NCBI RefSeq assembly: GCF_036321535.1 | Contig: NC_087472.1 | Span: 99,140,001 to 99,204,000 of the forward strand | Direction: 5' to 3' | DNA: 64,000 nucleotides | From: Camelus dromedarius | Taxonomy: Eukaryota | Part shown: positions 25,791 to 38,001 of the stretch, in pieces | Layout of the letters: every line of letters begins with the position of its first letter | Position numbering within the stretch: the stretch's first letter is position 1 | The notes under the pieces: model-generated | What the model was told of the DNA's origin: nothing | Databases searched by the model: none | Seen by the model: only the letters and a program-made list of their open reading frames with translations | Translations under genes and position numbers: made by a program

Positions 25791-25802
25791 ATGGATTCAC
25801 AA

Positions 25803-25985
25803 TTGCTAAAAGACTTAAATTTTCTCACCACAAAAAAAGAAATGGTAATTACGTGGCATGATAGAAGTGTTAGTTACAGCTACAGTGGTAACCATATTGC
25901 AGTATGTAAGCGTATCAAGGCGACACATTGTACACCTTTAAATTTCACATGTTATATGTTAATTATATCTCAGTCTTTAAAAAGA
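25803..25985 (+). mobile_element. L1MA-like 3' end
   Basis: ttctcaccacaaaaaaagaaatggtaattacgtgg...cacattgtacacctttaaatttcacatgttatatg. Confidence 0.8.
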
Positions 25986-26672
25986 AACATTTAGAAGGGA
26001 AATCATCACATCTGAAGAGTAGCATGGCTTACCTCAAAATATGTAATAGACAGAAAGCATTAGCTTTCACAGTAGACCACAAACATTGGTCCTTTTTTTC
26101 ACTTGACTTCTCATCCTGAATGATAAAAGGCCCACAAGGAATTTTCTCAAGACTTGGGAGATCTGCAAGACGTGTGTCAGCAGATGAACCTAAAAGCACA
26201 GAACTTGAAGGCAGGTCCTAGAGAATAAGAGACATTTGGGACTAGATTTGTGAGCAGGCTACCACTCCCCTAATGAAAGAAAAGAGGCCTGGAGTAAGCC
26301 ACACCAAACAAGAAGTAAGGTCTAGGCAGCTGAAAAAAGATGAACTGAACAAGTATCAAGAAGGTTGGAAAATGACATGCTGAAATAAAAGATGATCCCC
26401 ACCACCACCACCACAGTGACTGCTAATTCATGTGCACTATGAATGACCTTATTTAAAATGAAGCTTTTTAAAGCTGCCAGAGTGCCCTCTAACTAGAAGG
26501 CATCATGAAGATACCTCATTACCTATTCTTCTGTCCTTAGAAATGGGTACCTAGCAATAATTCTGCAGGGGGTTTACAAATTAATTTTTTCCCACCTATT
26601 AGCCATCAGTGCTAATACTTTCCCATAGCATCTTAATGTTAAGCTAAATTTGACAGGATCAAAGGGGTTAGA

Positions 26673-26856
26673 GCACTGATTTTTCAACCTTCACTACATA
26701 GTAGAATCATCTGAGCACTGCAGAAAAAAAAAAAAATTACTGATGCCTGTAGCCAAGCCTCAGAGATCCAGATATAATTGGTCTGGGGCTTTGGACATTA
26801 GGATTTTTTTAAATTCCTGAGTGATTCTGATGAGCAGGTAGGGTCGAGAATTACTG
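26673..26856. mobile_element. MER5-family hAT-Charlie
   Basis: tttttcaacctt...agaatcatctg...actgatgcctg...cagagat...taattggtctgggg...gtgattctgatg...gagaattactg. Confidence 0.75.
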
Positions 26857-27549
26857 CATGAGCACTGGCCCCAAAATTACCCTAGCTGGACAAAAGCAAT
26901 AAATACCTTCTTTTCCATTCCCCAGGAGTCCTGTAGAGTCTGAGTGGAGGGTAGCACCTACCTTTTTGCATAGGCATACAGCAAGAAGCCTGGAAATATC
27001 ACTTTGATTTATTCAAATGACCTCCTGCTCAGCACCTTGAGTGCCCTAGCTGTAAATCAAAGAGACAGACACATAACACGTATAATTTTTGCCAATAAGG
27101 AAGGGGGTCTGTTAGTGAAATGAACACATTTCCAAGCACCAGAAGGGATCTCAGTGCTTTTCTAACTGCACGTTAAAGTTTGACGGAGTGAGCTGCTTTA
27201 TCTTGAATAAATTACCTCATTGACTTTTAGAAAGAAAAAAAATCACTGGAGATAAAACATAATAATAACAACACACAGAAATGTAAAATACTACAATTAA
27301 ATAAGGCAATGTTAGACACATTCTGGCAGAGTGAGAAAATTGGAGCTAAATATAGCCTTAACATCAGCAAGGATGGTGAAATTGAGGGGTGATGCTTGCG
27401 ATCAAGTGATGTTAATGAAAATGCTTTCCAAATGATTGAAGATTCAGGTTTCAATGAGAAGAGTCCCTTTCCAGAGAAGGGGGATAAAAGAGCCTAGGAA
27501 TTCTAAGTCTAGAGTGACTGCAAGCCAAAGCCAAACCTTCAAGTATAAA

Positions 27550-27700
27550 GGATAAATTTTATACAGTGCTATGTGTGCAAAGTGCTGTGTGGAACATTTT
27601 CTTCCCACAGTGGAACTAGGAGGTAGATATTACTAATTCCATTTTGAAGATAAGGAAACTGAGATCCAGTGAATTTAAGTAAAAGGACCAAAACTTACTG
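27550..27700 (-). mobile_element. MIR/MIR3 SINE
   Basis: ccattttgaagataaggaaactgagatccag. Confidence 0.6.
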
Positions 27701-27715
27701 CTTTTTAACAGTAAG

Positions 27716-27962
27716 AAACAGTAGAGCATGGTGGTTATAAGCAGGGACTTGGAAGCTCAAATGCCCAAGTTCATAGTGCATTATCCAGTTATGTGTTTTC
27801 TCTTCCCCTACCTCAGTTTACTTATCTATAAAATAGAGATAATAATTGTTTCTTCCTCTTAGAGTTTCGTGAGGATTAAATTGGTTAATATGGGTAAAGC
27901 ACGTAGAAGGCTAAGAGTGCTAAGTCTTACAAGGGTGAGCAGCATACTGTGTGTTAGCTATA
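27716..27962 (+). mobile_element. MIR SINE, near full length
   Basis: cagtagagcatggtggttataagca...cctcagtttacttatctataaaatagagataataat...gtgaggattaaattggttaata. Confidence 0.8.
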
Positions 27963-28984
27963 ATTATAATGACCGTTGTCCTGAAGAGAATAGGAAAAGG
28001 AATGTTTTTCAAGGAGGAAGGCATAGCTATGACATAAGCAAGAAAAGAAACAAGAACAAACCAGAAACTTTGAGGAAATGGCAGAAAATTGAAATGAGCT
28101 AGAACCAAGACCAATGGAGAAAACTGAGCAGGGGGAGCCATAGCCCATAACAGCAGTGGTAGGAGCAGCTGTTCGCACGGGCAATCCAGAGGAGCTCGGA
28201 CCCACGGGGACCCGCAAAGATCAGGCATGGCCTTGGAAGAATGAACATAGCTGGTCAGTGACAATAACACAGGGAAGAGACATCAGAGAGTTCTAGTGCC
28301 CAGTCAACACTGAGAATGGAATGTTAAAGAAAAGAATCCCCTTGTCTCTCCTGGGCTCCTGGTACAGGGGCCTAAGAATAAAGCAAAATAGAATGAGGAA
28401 AATCCAGATTCCCCAAAACAGACATGGAGACAATAAAGCCAACCAAGATATTTGTTCCAAGAAGTAACTAAATCCCTCCACTGCCCAAGTAAATCCTCTC
28501 TCATTTTGGCAAGTAGGAGAGCTCCCCACAGACCAGGCTACCTGACCAATGCCCACAAGTACATGTAAAAACTGTATTGTAAGTAATGGTTTCATAAGGC
28601 AATGTGAGCCAGAAGTTCTAGAAAAATCTAAGTAGAAAAAAAATTGAAAAATTTGTCAACTAAGCACTAGGCTTCATTGATTTTACAGAGGAGTAAAGAG
28701 CTAAAGAACAGTTAATTCAAGTGCCATTTAAACATCCCAATGCATAGAAAAACAAGGAAATTTCCCTTATTCTTTCTATGAACCAAGATAAACATTGATA
28801 TCAAAACCCAACAAAGATTACACAAATAAGGAAACTGGAGACCAATCTCACATACGATCTATCAGTGAAAAATCCTAAAGAAGATATTAGTATATGGAAT
28901 CCTGCAGGGTAATTCTCCATCACTAATTGGGGTTTTATACCTGGAATATGGAAAATCTATTAAAATAATCCACCATAATAACTC

Positions 28985-29225
28985 ATGTAATACTTCCTAT
29001 GCACTAGGTATTGTTCTAGATGCTCTACATATATTAATTTATTTCATTCCCAGTGAAACCCTAGCAGGTAGGCACTATTATTATCATGATTTAGAAAAAA
29101 ACAGACACACACAGCTTAAGTGACTTCCCAAGGGTCACACAGCTGGAGAGCAGCAGAACTGGGATCTGAACATAGGCAAGGTATCTCAGAGCCTGTGCAC
29201 TTCTCTACGATGCTATATTGCCTCT
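28985..29225 (-). mobile_element. MIR SINE nested in old L1
   Basis: ctaggtattgttctagatgct...ttaagtgacttcccaagggtcacacagctgg. Confidence 0.8.
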
Positions 29226-29312
29226 TGTTAAAGGAAGAAGGAAAAATATCATTTTATCATCTGCATAGATGCTGAAAAGATATTTGGTGAAATTCAACCT
29301 CCATCAAGAGTT

Positions 29313-29456
29313 ATTTTTTGTTGACTAATTTTTATTCTGGTAAAATATGCATAATATGAAAGATACCATTTTAACTATTTTTAAGTGTACAAGTCAATGG
29401 CATAAGTATGCCCACATTATTGTGCAGCCATCACCACCATCCATCTCCAGAAATAT
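29313..29456 (-). mobile_element. short L1MA/MB 3' end nested in old L1
   Basis: taaaatatgcataatatgaaagataccattttaactatttttaagtgtaca; TSD catcaagagtt 29302-29312 / catcaagaatt 29457-29467. Confidence 0.8.
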
Positions 29457-31344
29457 CATCAAGAATTTTTAAAAGATTCTTTTTAAAAGAAATCAGTTGG
29501 GACATTTAACATGATTAAACTATGTATCTCATACATGGAAAACACTAGAAGGATTGCCATTAAAGTCAGAAACAAAGCAAAAGTGTCCACTATTGCCACA
29601 ATTATTTGCCATAGCTCTGGAGGCACTGGCAATACAAAAATAGACTAGAGAGTTAAAATAAAGGTATAAAAATTGCAGAAGAGTTAATATTATCATTATT
29701 TATAGCTGGTTTCAGGATATACTTGTGAACAATAAGAGAATCAACTGAAAAACGTTTATAAATAATGATAGAATGCAGTAATGTGGCTGGGTATAAAAGT
29801 AACGTATGCAAATAATCATCCCATTTACAAACCACAGCAGTTAGAGGAAACAGAGGAAAATACCTCAATTTACAGTAGTTATACACACATGTAAAATACC
29901 TAGGAGTAAACATAACAGAAGATGTAATTGAAAAGTTTCAGGTTCCAGTGGAAAATACAAAAGTATGAAAAATGGAATGACAGCCTGTATTCTATGATTA
30001 GTAGGTCTGTTATAATAAGAATGTCAATTCTCCCTAAATAATATGGTTTCATGAAGAATAATAACAGAAATTTCATTTGCAACCCTAAACTTTATTTGAA
30101 AAAATTAAGCAAGATTATATATAAAAACTCAGAAAATAGACACAAATAAAACGATCTTGCACTATAAGACATTAAAACATATTATAAAGACAAAATACTT
30201 TAGAAGATCAATGGAACACAGTAGAAGTAGGTGAACTACATATGGAAATTTCTTTCTGATACAAGTCATAGTTTATATCCATAGGAAAGAGATGGATTAT
30301 TCTGAATTTTAATTAGACAATTGGGTAGCCATCTAAAAACTAAAATAAAATTTAATCCGTATTTAACATCTTATACCAAAATAAATTACAACTTGAAAGG
30401 ATATTTTCACTTTAAAATTAAACTGAAAATAGATGGGAAAATATTTTAATAGTCTTGGGGGAAGAGGGTAAACTTTCTAAAGATTAAAAATCCTGAATCC
30501 ATAAAAGAAAGTACTGAGAAAAATCTATAATCCAAAGCAAAAAGACAACCATCAACTTAGAAAAATATTTGCAATTCATACCATAAAGTACTAATTTCCC
30601 TACTATGTAAAAAGTTCCTAGAAATCAAGAAGATAAGATTAACAATCTAATAGAAAAGCGGGAAACATTCTAAACATATAGTTCACAGCAAAGAGAATAC
30701 AAATGGTTCTTAAACATATTTTAAAGGCTCAATCTCACTCAAAAGAAAATTAATGCAAAATTATGTTGATATACAATAGTTCTCGTATCAGATTGGTGAT
30801 ACTGAAAAGTTTGACAACATGTTTGGTTGTATTGATGAGAGGAAAAGAAGTTCTCTCATATGTTGCTGCTGAGAGTATGAATTGGTAAAACTTCATGGAA
30901 GTAACCTAGTGATATTTCTCAAAATAACACATTTTCACATCTGCTGAGCCATCAGCATGACTTTTGGAAATTTATCTACAGACATTTGTACGTGCTTATT
31001 CATTGTGACATTGTGGTTACAAAAGATTGCAAACACTCGAAAAGTTCAAAGAGGCACTGGTTAAATAAGGCACATCCAGCCAAAAAAATGTTATACAGTT
31101 GTTTTTAAAAAAATGAGGCAAGATTGTCAAGATATAATGTTAAATAAGAAATATAGTACACTACTATTTGTTAGAAAAAAAGATGAGGGAAATAATATAG
31201 AAGGTTTTTTTTTACGAGTATATATATATTTAGTAGCATATTCATAAAATAACTCTGGAAGGTTACATATGAGAGAGGTAACAGTTACCTGTGGGAGAGG
31301 AATTGGATGGCAGGAACCATGGTGAGAGAGGTGAATTATCATAA

Positions 31345-32150
31345 TTTCAGAACTCCAACAATAAAAAGAAATTAAAATAACTTTGAGAAACAGTGGGATG
31401 ATGCTTTTAAAACTCTGAAGGAAAATGATTAGGAACCTGTAATCTGTGCTTAGCTATACTACAAATATAAGAATAAAATACGTTTTCAGACACGCAAAAA
31501 TGCAGATAATTTGCCTCCTACACATCTGTATGAAAAATGCCTTACAAAAGTTATTCTAGCAAAAAAAGGGACTATTACATATGAAAACTTGAAATAGACG
31601 GAGCAAATGCAGTTGACCATGATCTGCAAGAAGCACTAGAATTTGATGCTTTTAAAATCCTCTCTTGAGTTTGGTGTCATGAATTTTTCTACAGGAGGAA
31701 TCTCCTGCAGTGAATAATAGTTACATAAATCTAATAGTGCAAGTACTATTTTATTTGCTTTAATATTTTAGACTTAATCTAAAGGCCAAGTCGAAGGAAA
31801 TTATAGTTACAGAATGAAATTGTATAAACCTAGGTTATGTGAAAATAATAATATAACAAAATCAGGTAATATCAGATGGCATAAGTGAGCTAAATCCCTC
31901 ATTTTTCAGAGTGGGACGATAACAGATTATATAAAATGCTAATAAAGCAAGGACTACAATTATATGCTTACTATCTAAAATAATAATATTAAACACCAGA
32001 AAAAACATGTTAAAAAAAGAACTGGTTCAAAGCATTTACCTCTGGAAAGAAGTGCTAGGGGAAGGGAAGCTTTTTTCATTTTAAGACTTTTTATGTGGTT
32101 TAATTTTTAACCAGGCACAGTTAACTTTTAAAATAACATACAAAAGATAA
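31345..32150 (+). mobile_element. HAL1-like (L1 ORF1-related) remnant; 5' part possibly at ~27980-28720
   Basis: agaaacagtgggatgatgcttttaaaactctgaaggaaaatgatt...aataaaatacgttttcagacacgcaa is ORF1 C-terminus-like, followed by a 3' UTR with no ORF2. Confidence 0.55.
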
Positions 32151-32244
32151 AAATAAATTGAGGAGAGGGAGTTAACTTGCAGAAGATCACACATATATTA
32201 AGTGATGGAGCCTCATTCTAACCCAGATTCATCTAAGTGCAAAG

Positions 32245-32432
32245 TCTGGTTCTCAAACTTGAGCCTGCATCAGAATCCCCTGGAGGGCTGGTTAAAACAT
32301 AGCTTGATGGGCCCCACCCCTATAGTTTCTGATTCAGTAGGCCCAGGGTGAAGCCTAAGAACTTGCATTTCTAATCAGTTCCCAGGTGCTGGTAATGCTG
32401 CTGGTCTAGGAATCACACTGTGAGAACCCCAC
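32245..32432. mobile_element. MER5A hAT-Charlie (preceded by a MIR fragment at 32160-32244)
   Basis: ggttctcaaacttgagcctgcatcagaatcccctggagggctggttaaaaca...ttctgattcagtagg...gcatttctaa...tgagaaccccac. Confidence 0.88.
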
Positions 32433-33621
32433 ACTACATCATAACCCCCAATTTTGAGGTCAACAATTTGGAAGAAGAATTATTTTTAATGTGTCATGAG
32501 TTTTGACCACAGTGCTTTGGCTATTGCCTTTTTTGGCAGGGAGGGGCTAGAAGAGGAGTGTGGATTTTGTTTTTCCGCTTTTTGCCTCCATAGACACCAG
32601 AGAACAGAAGGTCCTTTGAATTAACCTGTTATTTAAGTGATTTCCCCCCTTGGAAAGTGGGCTCTGTCTCCAGTTATCTTCAGTTTCTGGATTGCCTCAA
32701 ATGAAGCCCATGTAACAGCGGGCTCAGGAGTGAGACCTTACCCAACAGACCAAAAGGAAAAAAAAAAAAGGAATTATTTCAGGATTAACACGTGTTCACA
32801 CAAATTCATTGGCTGGCAAGTAGTGTTTATTACCATGTCACTATGGAAATTTCTGGGCAATCTTAACAGCACACTGAAGGGTTCAGAGGAAGCCTTTGTC
32901 TAAGGTGTTGAGTTGACAACTTAATTTAAATGATGTAAAACCTCACTGTTATCATCTCAGCCCTGCACAAAGCAGACAATAGAAAACATCATGATCTTAT
33001 AAATATGGTATCCATCTTAGCCCTTATCCTTTCTGTTATGTCCCCTCATTTCTCTTTAAATAATAAGCCATTTGGTCACTGACTTTTTATTATGTATCTC
33101 ATCACTTTCCTGTGGAAAATGCTACCCTTCACAGCAGCTCACATCAGAAAAATAAATGTTTTCATTTGTTGTAAAACATGCTGTAAATTACTGAATTTAG
33201 AGGCCTTTTATCTAAAAGGGGTGTATGTAAAATGTCATTGGCAGTTTAGTAAAGATTATTTCAGCACATTTATTCTGATTAGCATCAAGGGCTTCACAAA
33301 CATTCAGACATGAAATGTCAATAAACCAATTACTTTATAGAAGCAAATCACTTTAGAGGGTGCATTAACTTTCCTTGAACCACTAGGCTACCAATTAGTA
33401 ATGGATTGCCTCTTTGTGTTTACTGGTGACCAACTGCAGATAATGCCACCCCAAGATGTTTTATACATTCCCAGGGCAGGATCAGTAAATCATCGCTATG
33501 TGCTAGATTTATAAAATTGACCCTTTCCTAACTCTCCGCATCAGGGAGGCAGTACAAAACTCAAAGCGCTTGCAAATAAACAAATTGGAATTACGAAAAG
33601 TAATTGGTGGATTTTTGGTAG

Positions 33622-33750
33622 TCTATTAGCTCAGACAATGCTATATGCTGGTGATAAGAGAAAATATAATGGCTCAAATGCTATAGAAGTTATTTCTCCA
33701 AAACCTATATTCTAAAAGAGCTGTCCCTAATCAACAGGAAGTTGTCCTTT
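33622..33750 (-). mobile_element. old MLT1-type LTR fragment
   Basis: ctattagctcagacaatgctatatgctg...aatggctcaaatgctatagaagttatttctc. Confidence 0.4.
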
Positions 33751-33767
33751 GTGAAGGTTAATTTTTT

Positions 33768-34372
33768 TACCTTTTTTTTATTGAGTTATAGTCATTTTAC
33801 AATGTTGTGTCAAATTCCAGTGTAGAGCACAATTTTTCGGTTATACATGAACATACATATATTCATTATCACATTTTTTTTTGCTGTGAGCTACCACAAG
33901 ATCTTGTGTAAATTTCCCTGTGCTATACAGTATAATCTTGTTTATGTATTCTACATATGCCTGTCAGTATCTACAAATCTTAAAATCCCATTCTGTCCCT
34001 TCATACCGCCCCGCCCCCTTGGCAACCACAAGTTTGTATTCTATGTCTATGAGTCTGTTTCTGTTTTGTATTTATGTTCTTCTTCTTTTTTTTTTTTTTT
34101 AGATTCCACATATGAGCAATCTCATATGGTATTTTTCTTTCTCTTTCTGGCTTACTTCACTTAGAATGACATTCTCCAGGAACATCCATGTTGCTGCAAA
34201 TGACATTATGCTGTCAGTTTTTATGGCTGAATAGTATTCCGTTGTATAAATATACCACTTCTTCTTTATCCAGTCACCTGTTGATGGACATTTAGGCTGT
34301 TTCCATGTCTTGGCTATTGTAAATAGTGCTGCTATGAACACTGGGGTGCAGGTGTCTTTTTGAAGTAGGGCT
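33768..34372 (-). mobile_element. young L1 3' end (3' UTR type 1)
   Basis: reverse complement of ~4495-5065; ORF 34099-34341; TSD tgaaggttaatttttt 33752-33767 / tgaagggtaatttttt 34375-34390. Confidence 0.95.
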
Positions 34373-34384
34373 CATGAAGGGTAA

Positions 34385-35204
34385 TTTTTTAATTGAAGTA
34401 TGGTTGATTTATAATATTATCTTAATTTCAGGTGTACAACGTAGTGATTCAATGTTTTGTACATTATACTCCATTTGAAGTTTATAAAATATTGGCTATA
34501 TTCCCTGTGCTGTTCAATGTATCATCATAGCTTATCTATTTTTTACATAATGGTTTGTGCCTCTTAATACTCTACCCCTATCTTGCCCGTCTCCCCTTCT
34601 CTCTCCCCACTGGTAACCAGTAGTTCATGCTCTGTATCTGTGAGTCAGTTTGTGTCCTGTTATATTCATTCATTTGTCTTACTTTAAAAATTCCACACAT
34701 AATGAAAACAGTATTTGTCTTTCTCTGTCTGACTTATTTCACTAAGTATAATACCCTCTAGGTCCACCCATGTTTTTACAAATAGCAGAATTTCATTCTT
34801 TTTTATGGCTGAGTAGTATTCCATTTATATATTGGTGTGAGATAGGTAGATAGATAGATAGACCAAAGCTTCTTTATCCATTCATCTGTGGTGCACACTT
34901 ACGTTGCTCCCACATCTTGGCAATTACAAATAATGCTGCTATGAACATTGGAGTGCATACATCTTTTCAAATTAATGTTTATCTTTTCTTCAGATATATA
35001 CCCAGGAGTAGAATTGCTAGATCATGTGTCAGTTCTATTTTTAGTTTTCTGAGTAACCTCCATACTGTTTTCCATACTGTTGGCTGCACCAATTTACATT
35101 CCCACCAACATTATACGAGGGTTCCACATTGTTGCCAACATTTGTTATTTGTAGACATTATACAGTAGCCATTCTGACAAGTGTGAGGTGATATCTCATT
35201 GTGT
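34385..35204 (-). mobile_element. intermediate-age L1 3' end (cetartiodactyl-type)
   Basis: aattgaagtatggttgatttataatattat...ccccactggtaaccagtag...gctatgaacattggagtgca...gtgaggtgatatctcattgtg. Confidence 0.9.
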
Positions 35205-35292
35205 TTTTTTTTATTATTAAGATATAGTCAGTTACAATGTGTCAATTTCTGGTGTATAGCATAATGTCTTAGTCATATATATATATACATTC
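35205..35292 (-). mobile_element. very short young L1 3' end (3' UTR type 2)
   Basis: tatagtcagttacaatgtgtcaatttctggtgtatagcataatgtc matches 43305-43380. Confidence 0.85.
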
Positions 35293-35499
35293 ACTCTCTG
35301 GGACAGTTGTAGACCTGGCAGTAACTGACTCCAGTGGCTATGATGTGACCTGTAAAATCTTCCAAGTTTCCTCAAGCCAAATTGTTTTCTAACTGCTTGT
35401 GATTCCTCTGACACTCTAAGACCCAGCTAGCTACTGGGGGAATGGGTCCTGATACTAGTAACATCATCCACTCACCAATGGTTACAAATTTATTTGCAT

Positions 35500-36360
35500 A
35501 CTATTGACTGTATACACTTCGAAATTTTTAACTTTTATATATTCATTCACTCAACAATAATTTTTTCATACTTGTTCTAATTATTTCTCATTTCTAATTT
35601 TCTTCATTGTTTTCTTTCATTTGTTTCCTCAATTACATTTTCCAGGAATTTGGTTTTTGTTGGGTTGTTCAATATTTTTGTTTTATTTTATGACTTATTA
35701 TTATTGTTGTTGTGTTTACTTTATATCTCTGAATAGAACATTAAGAATGTCATAAATTTTAACAAGTAGTGAGTTTATTTATTTTCTAACAGTCTGTAAC
35801 TTTACTTTGAGGTCACCTTTGGTCCTCAAAGGAGGTTATTAGAGGAGGTTATTAATTTAAGGGAGGTTATTAATCTCTTTTTTGTCTTGTTTTTCCTTTA
35901 TAGTTTTGTTATTTTTTAATTTACTTTTATGAGATCATGCTCAGAGAATGTCACCTATGCAATTTCTAATTTATGGAATTTCTATAGAAATTTATTCTGT
36001 AGACAAGCATTTAGCCAGTTTTTGTAAATGCCCCATGGATATTTAATAAAGGGGAAAACATCCCTGCAGATGATATCTGTTTTCTTTGTAGGGTACAAAG
36101 TTAAAAACTCTTTAATAAGTCCTTTTTCTTAATTATGTTATTGAATTTAATGTCATTATTTATTTGACTACTTTGCCACATATTGATAATAGAGTGTTAA
36201 TTGATTATGTTCCTGTCAAATTATCTTGATATTTATAACAGTTTTTGACTTATATTCATTAATGTTATGTTATTCATTGCATAAAGATTCATGACAATTG
36301 TCTTTTCATTCTGGGTAATATCCTTTATCCCTTATCAAATTAAGTCATCCTGTTTCTCTC
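35500..36360 (-). mobile_element. very old L1 fragment
   Basis: tcagagaatgtcacctatgcaatttctaatttatggaattt; ccagtttttgtaaatgccccatggatattt (antisense EN region). Confidence 0.5.
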
Positions 36361-36401
36361 AGGTAAAGCATCATGGACTACTCTCTGTCTCTAAGGAGAA
36401 T

Positions 36402-36427
36402 TTCTCTCTCTCTCTCTCTCTCTCTCA
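36402..36427. repeat. (TC)n microsatellite
   Basis: direct reading. Confidence 0.95.
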
Positions 36428-36932
36428 TCTGTCCTGCTATAGTACCCTGTTTGTTCTTAATAAAATTTGGGTCAGTTACAAAAAACATGGTTATTGAGGA
36501 GAAGGCACAAGAAGGGATCAAAGCAAACTCTATTTTGGTATGACCAGGACTTCAGGTTCCTGTGGGGAACCAGATAAAGCAATGTCCAAAAAGGCCATTC
36601 AGGCAAGTTCAAGTTTAGGATTTAGGACCAAGCAGCCTTGAGATTTGATTTAAGTGGGAGAAGCTGCATGAAGGAAACCAGGCAGTGAGCAATGATTAAA
36701 GCCTTAATTAAGAGACTAACGCAGATATCTGGGGCACAGAGTGGCTGGTTCATAGGAGGCATCAAACAAATAGTTGTTGAATGGATAAATGAATGAATCA
36801 ATGATAAATGAACCTGTTCATAGGTGGCAGGATCCCAGCGGTTGAGTCAGGGTAAGATTGAGGACTTCAGGAAAGCAACTATGTTCTCCAGAGTTTAGGA
36901 CAGAGATCAAGAAAGGGTGCTTGGTCCTATAG

Positions 36933-37092
36933 CAGGGTATCTTAAATTTCATGGTGAAAAATAATTCGAATACATATTCTTGGCATACTTTCAAAAAGTC
37001 TAGGGTAGGGGTCCAAGAATCAACATTTTTAGTGTACATCCCAAGTGATGCTAATTCAGGATGTCATAAATTTCACATTTGCCAAACACTAG
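36933..37092. mobile_element. MER5-family hAT-Charlie
   Basis: agtctagggtaggggtccaagaatcaacattttta...cccaagtgatgctaat...cacatttgccaaacactag. Confidence 0.55.
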
Positions 37093-37534
37093 CCTAAAGG
37101 CAAGAACAGACCTCTAAACAGGATGACAGGTCAGAACCAGAGAGGCCACAACTGGTGTACCGTAAGACCAATCCAGCAGGTAGACAGACCCAGGCCTCTA
37201 ACCGTGCTGCACATCAGATGGAAACGGATGCCAACCAAGGGGCTTAGAGGGGAAAGAAAAACAAGCCACAGCCCACATATCATTCTTCTAAATATTATTC
37301 ACTCAAGCCTTCACTGCCTGCTCCAGACCATGTGATCTGTCACTCTATGGTATCATCAACCCTGAACTGTAATCCAAGAAACGTGGGTTTTAATCTACGC
37401 TTTGTCACCGCAGTGCTCTGGGGTGCTGTGCAGGCCGCTAGTCCAGACCTCAGCTGCTTCATGTTATAAAAAGGAGCCAAGCCTGTGATTTCCAAGTTCT
37501 TCTGGGACAGTGGGAACCCTGTTAATTTCAAAAT

Positions 37535-37690
37535 CCAAAAGATCTGAGTTCAAATGCCAGCTCAGCCCTTCATTGACCCTGTAACTTTGTGCAAGTTACT
37601 AAATTCCTCTGAAGTCCAGTTTTCTGGGAAAGAGGTCATTTTTCTGGGGAAGATAGTAACTACCTACTACATGGTAGGTACTCAATTCTT
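37535..37690 (+). mobile_element. MIR SINE
   Basis: gatctgagttcaaatgccagctcagcc...actttgtgcaagttactaaattcctctgaagtccagtttt. Confidence 0.65.
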
Positions 37691-37890
37691 GAATTGCCTT
37701 CAATAATTAAAAAAACTACATTACTTATTCTACATAACAATAATTTGTACTAGTTTTGGCAGTATGTTGTTATCAGTATTATTGTGTAATTATTACTTTG
37801 TTATTAAACCTTTCATGGTACATATCTCATCTCTCCTAGTAGACTAGACTCCTTGAGAGTAGGATTTTATGAGGCATTCTTACTTTATTT

Positions 37891-38001
37891 AGGGTGACCA
37901 ACCATCTCGGTTTACCTGGGACAGAGGAAAGTCCCAAATATGGGAACTGCAGTGCTGAAACCAGGAAAGTTCCCAGGGAAACGGATGAGTTGTTAACTCC
38001 A
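37891..38001. mobile_element. MER81-like hAT-Blackjack inserted in an L2 3' end (~37800-38060)
   Basis: agggtgaccaaccatctcggtttacctgggac...cagtgctgaaaccaggaaagttccc; flanked by ctttattt / ctttatat (8-bp hAT-type TSD). Confidence 0.8.

Larger units (their letters stand above)
28730..31340 (+). mobile_element. very old L1 (L1MD/ME-like) decayed ORF2 and 3' end, with nested MIR and L1 pieces
   Basis: ttctatgaaccaagataaacattgatatcaaaacccaacaaaga; atagatgctgaaaagatatttggtgaaattcaac; aaaatacctaggagtaaacataac; agatcaatggaaca. Confidence 0.8.
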
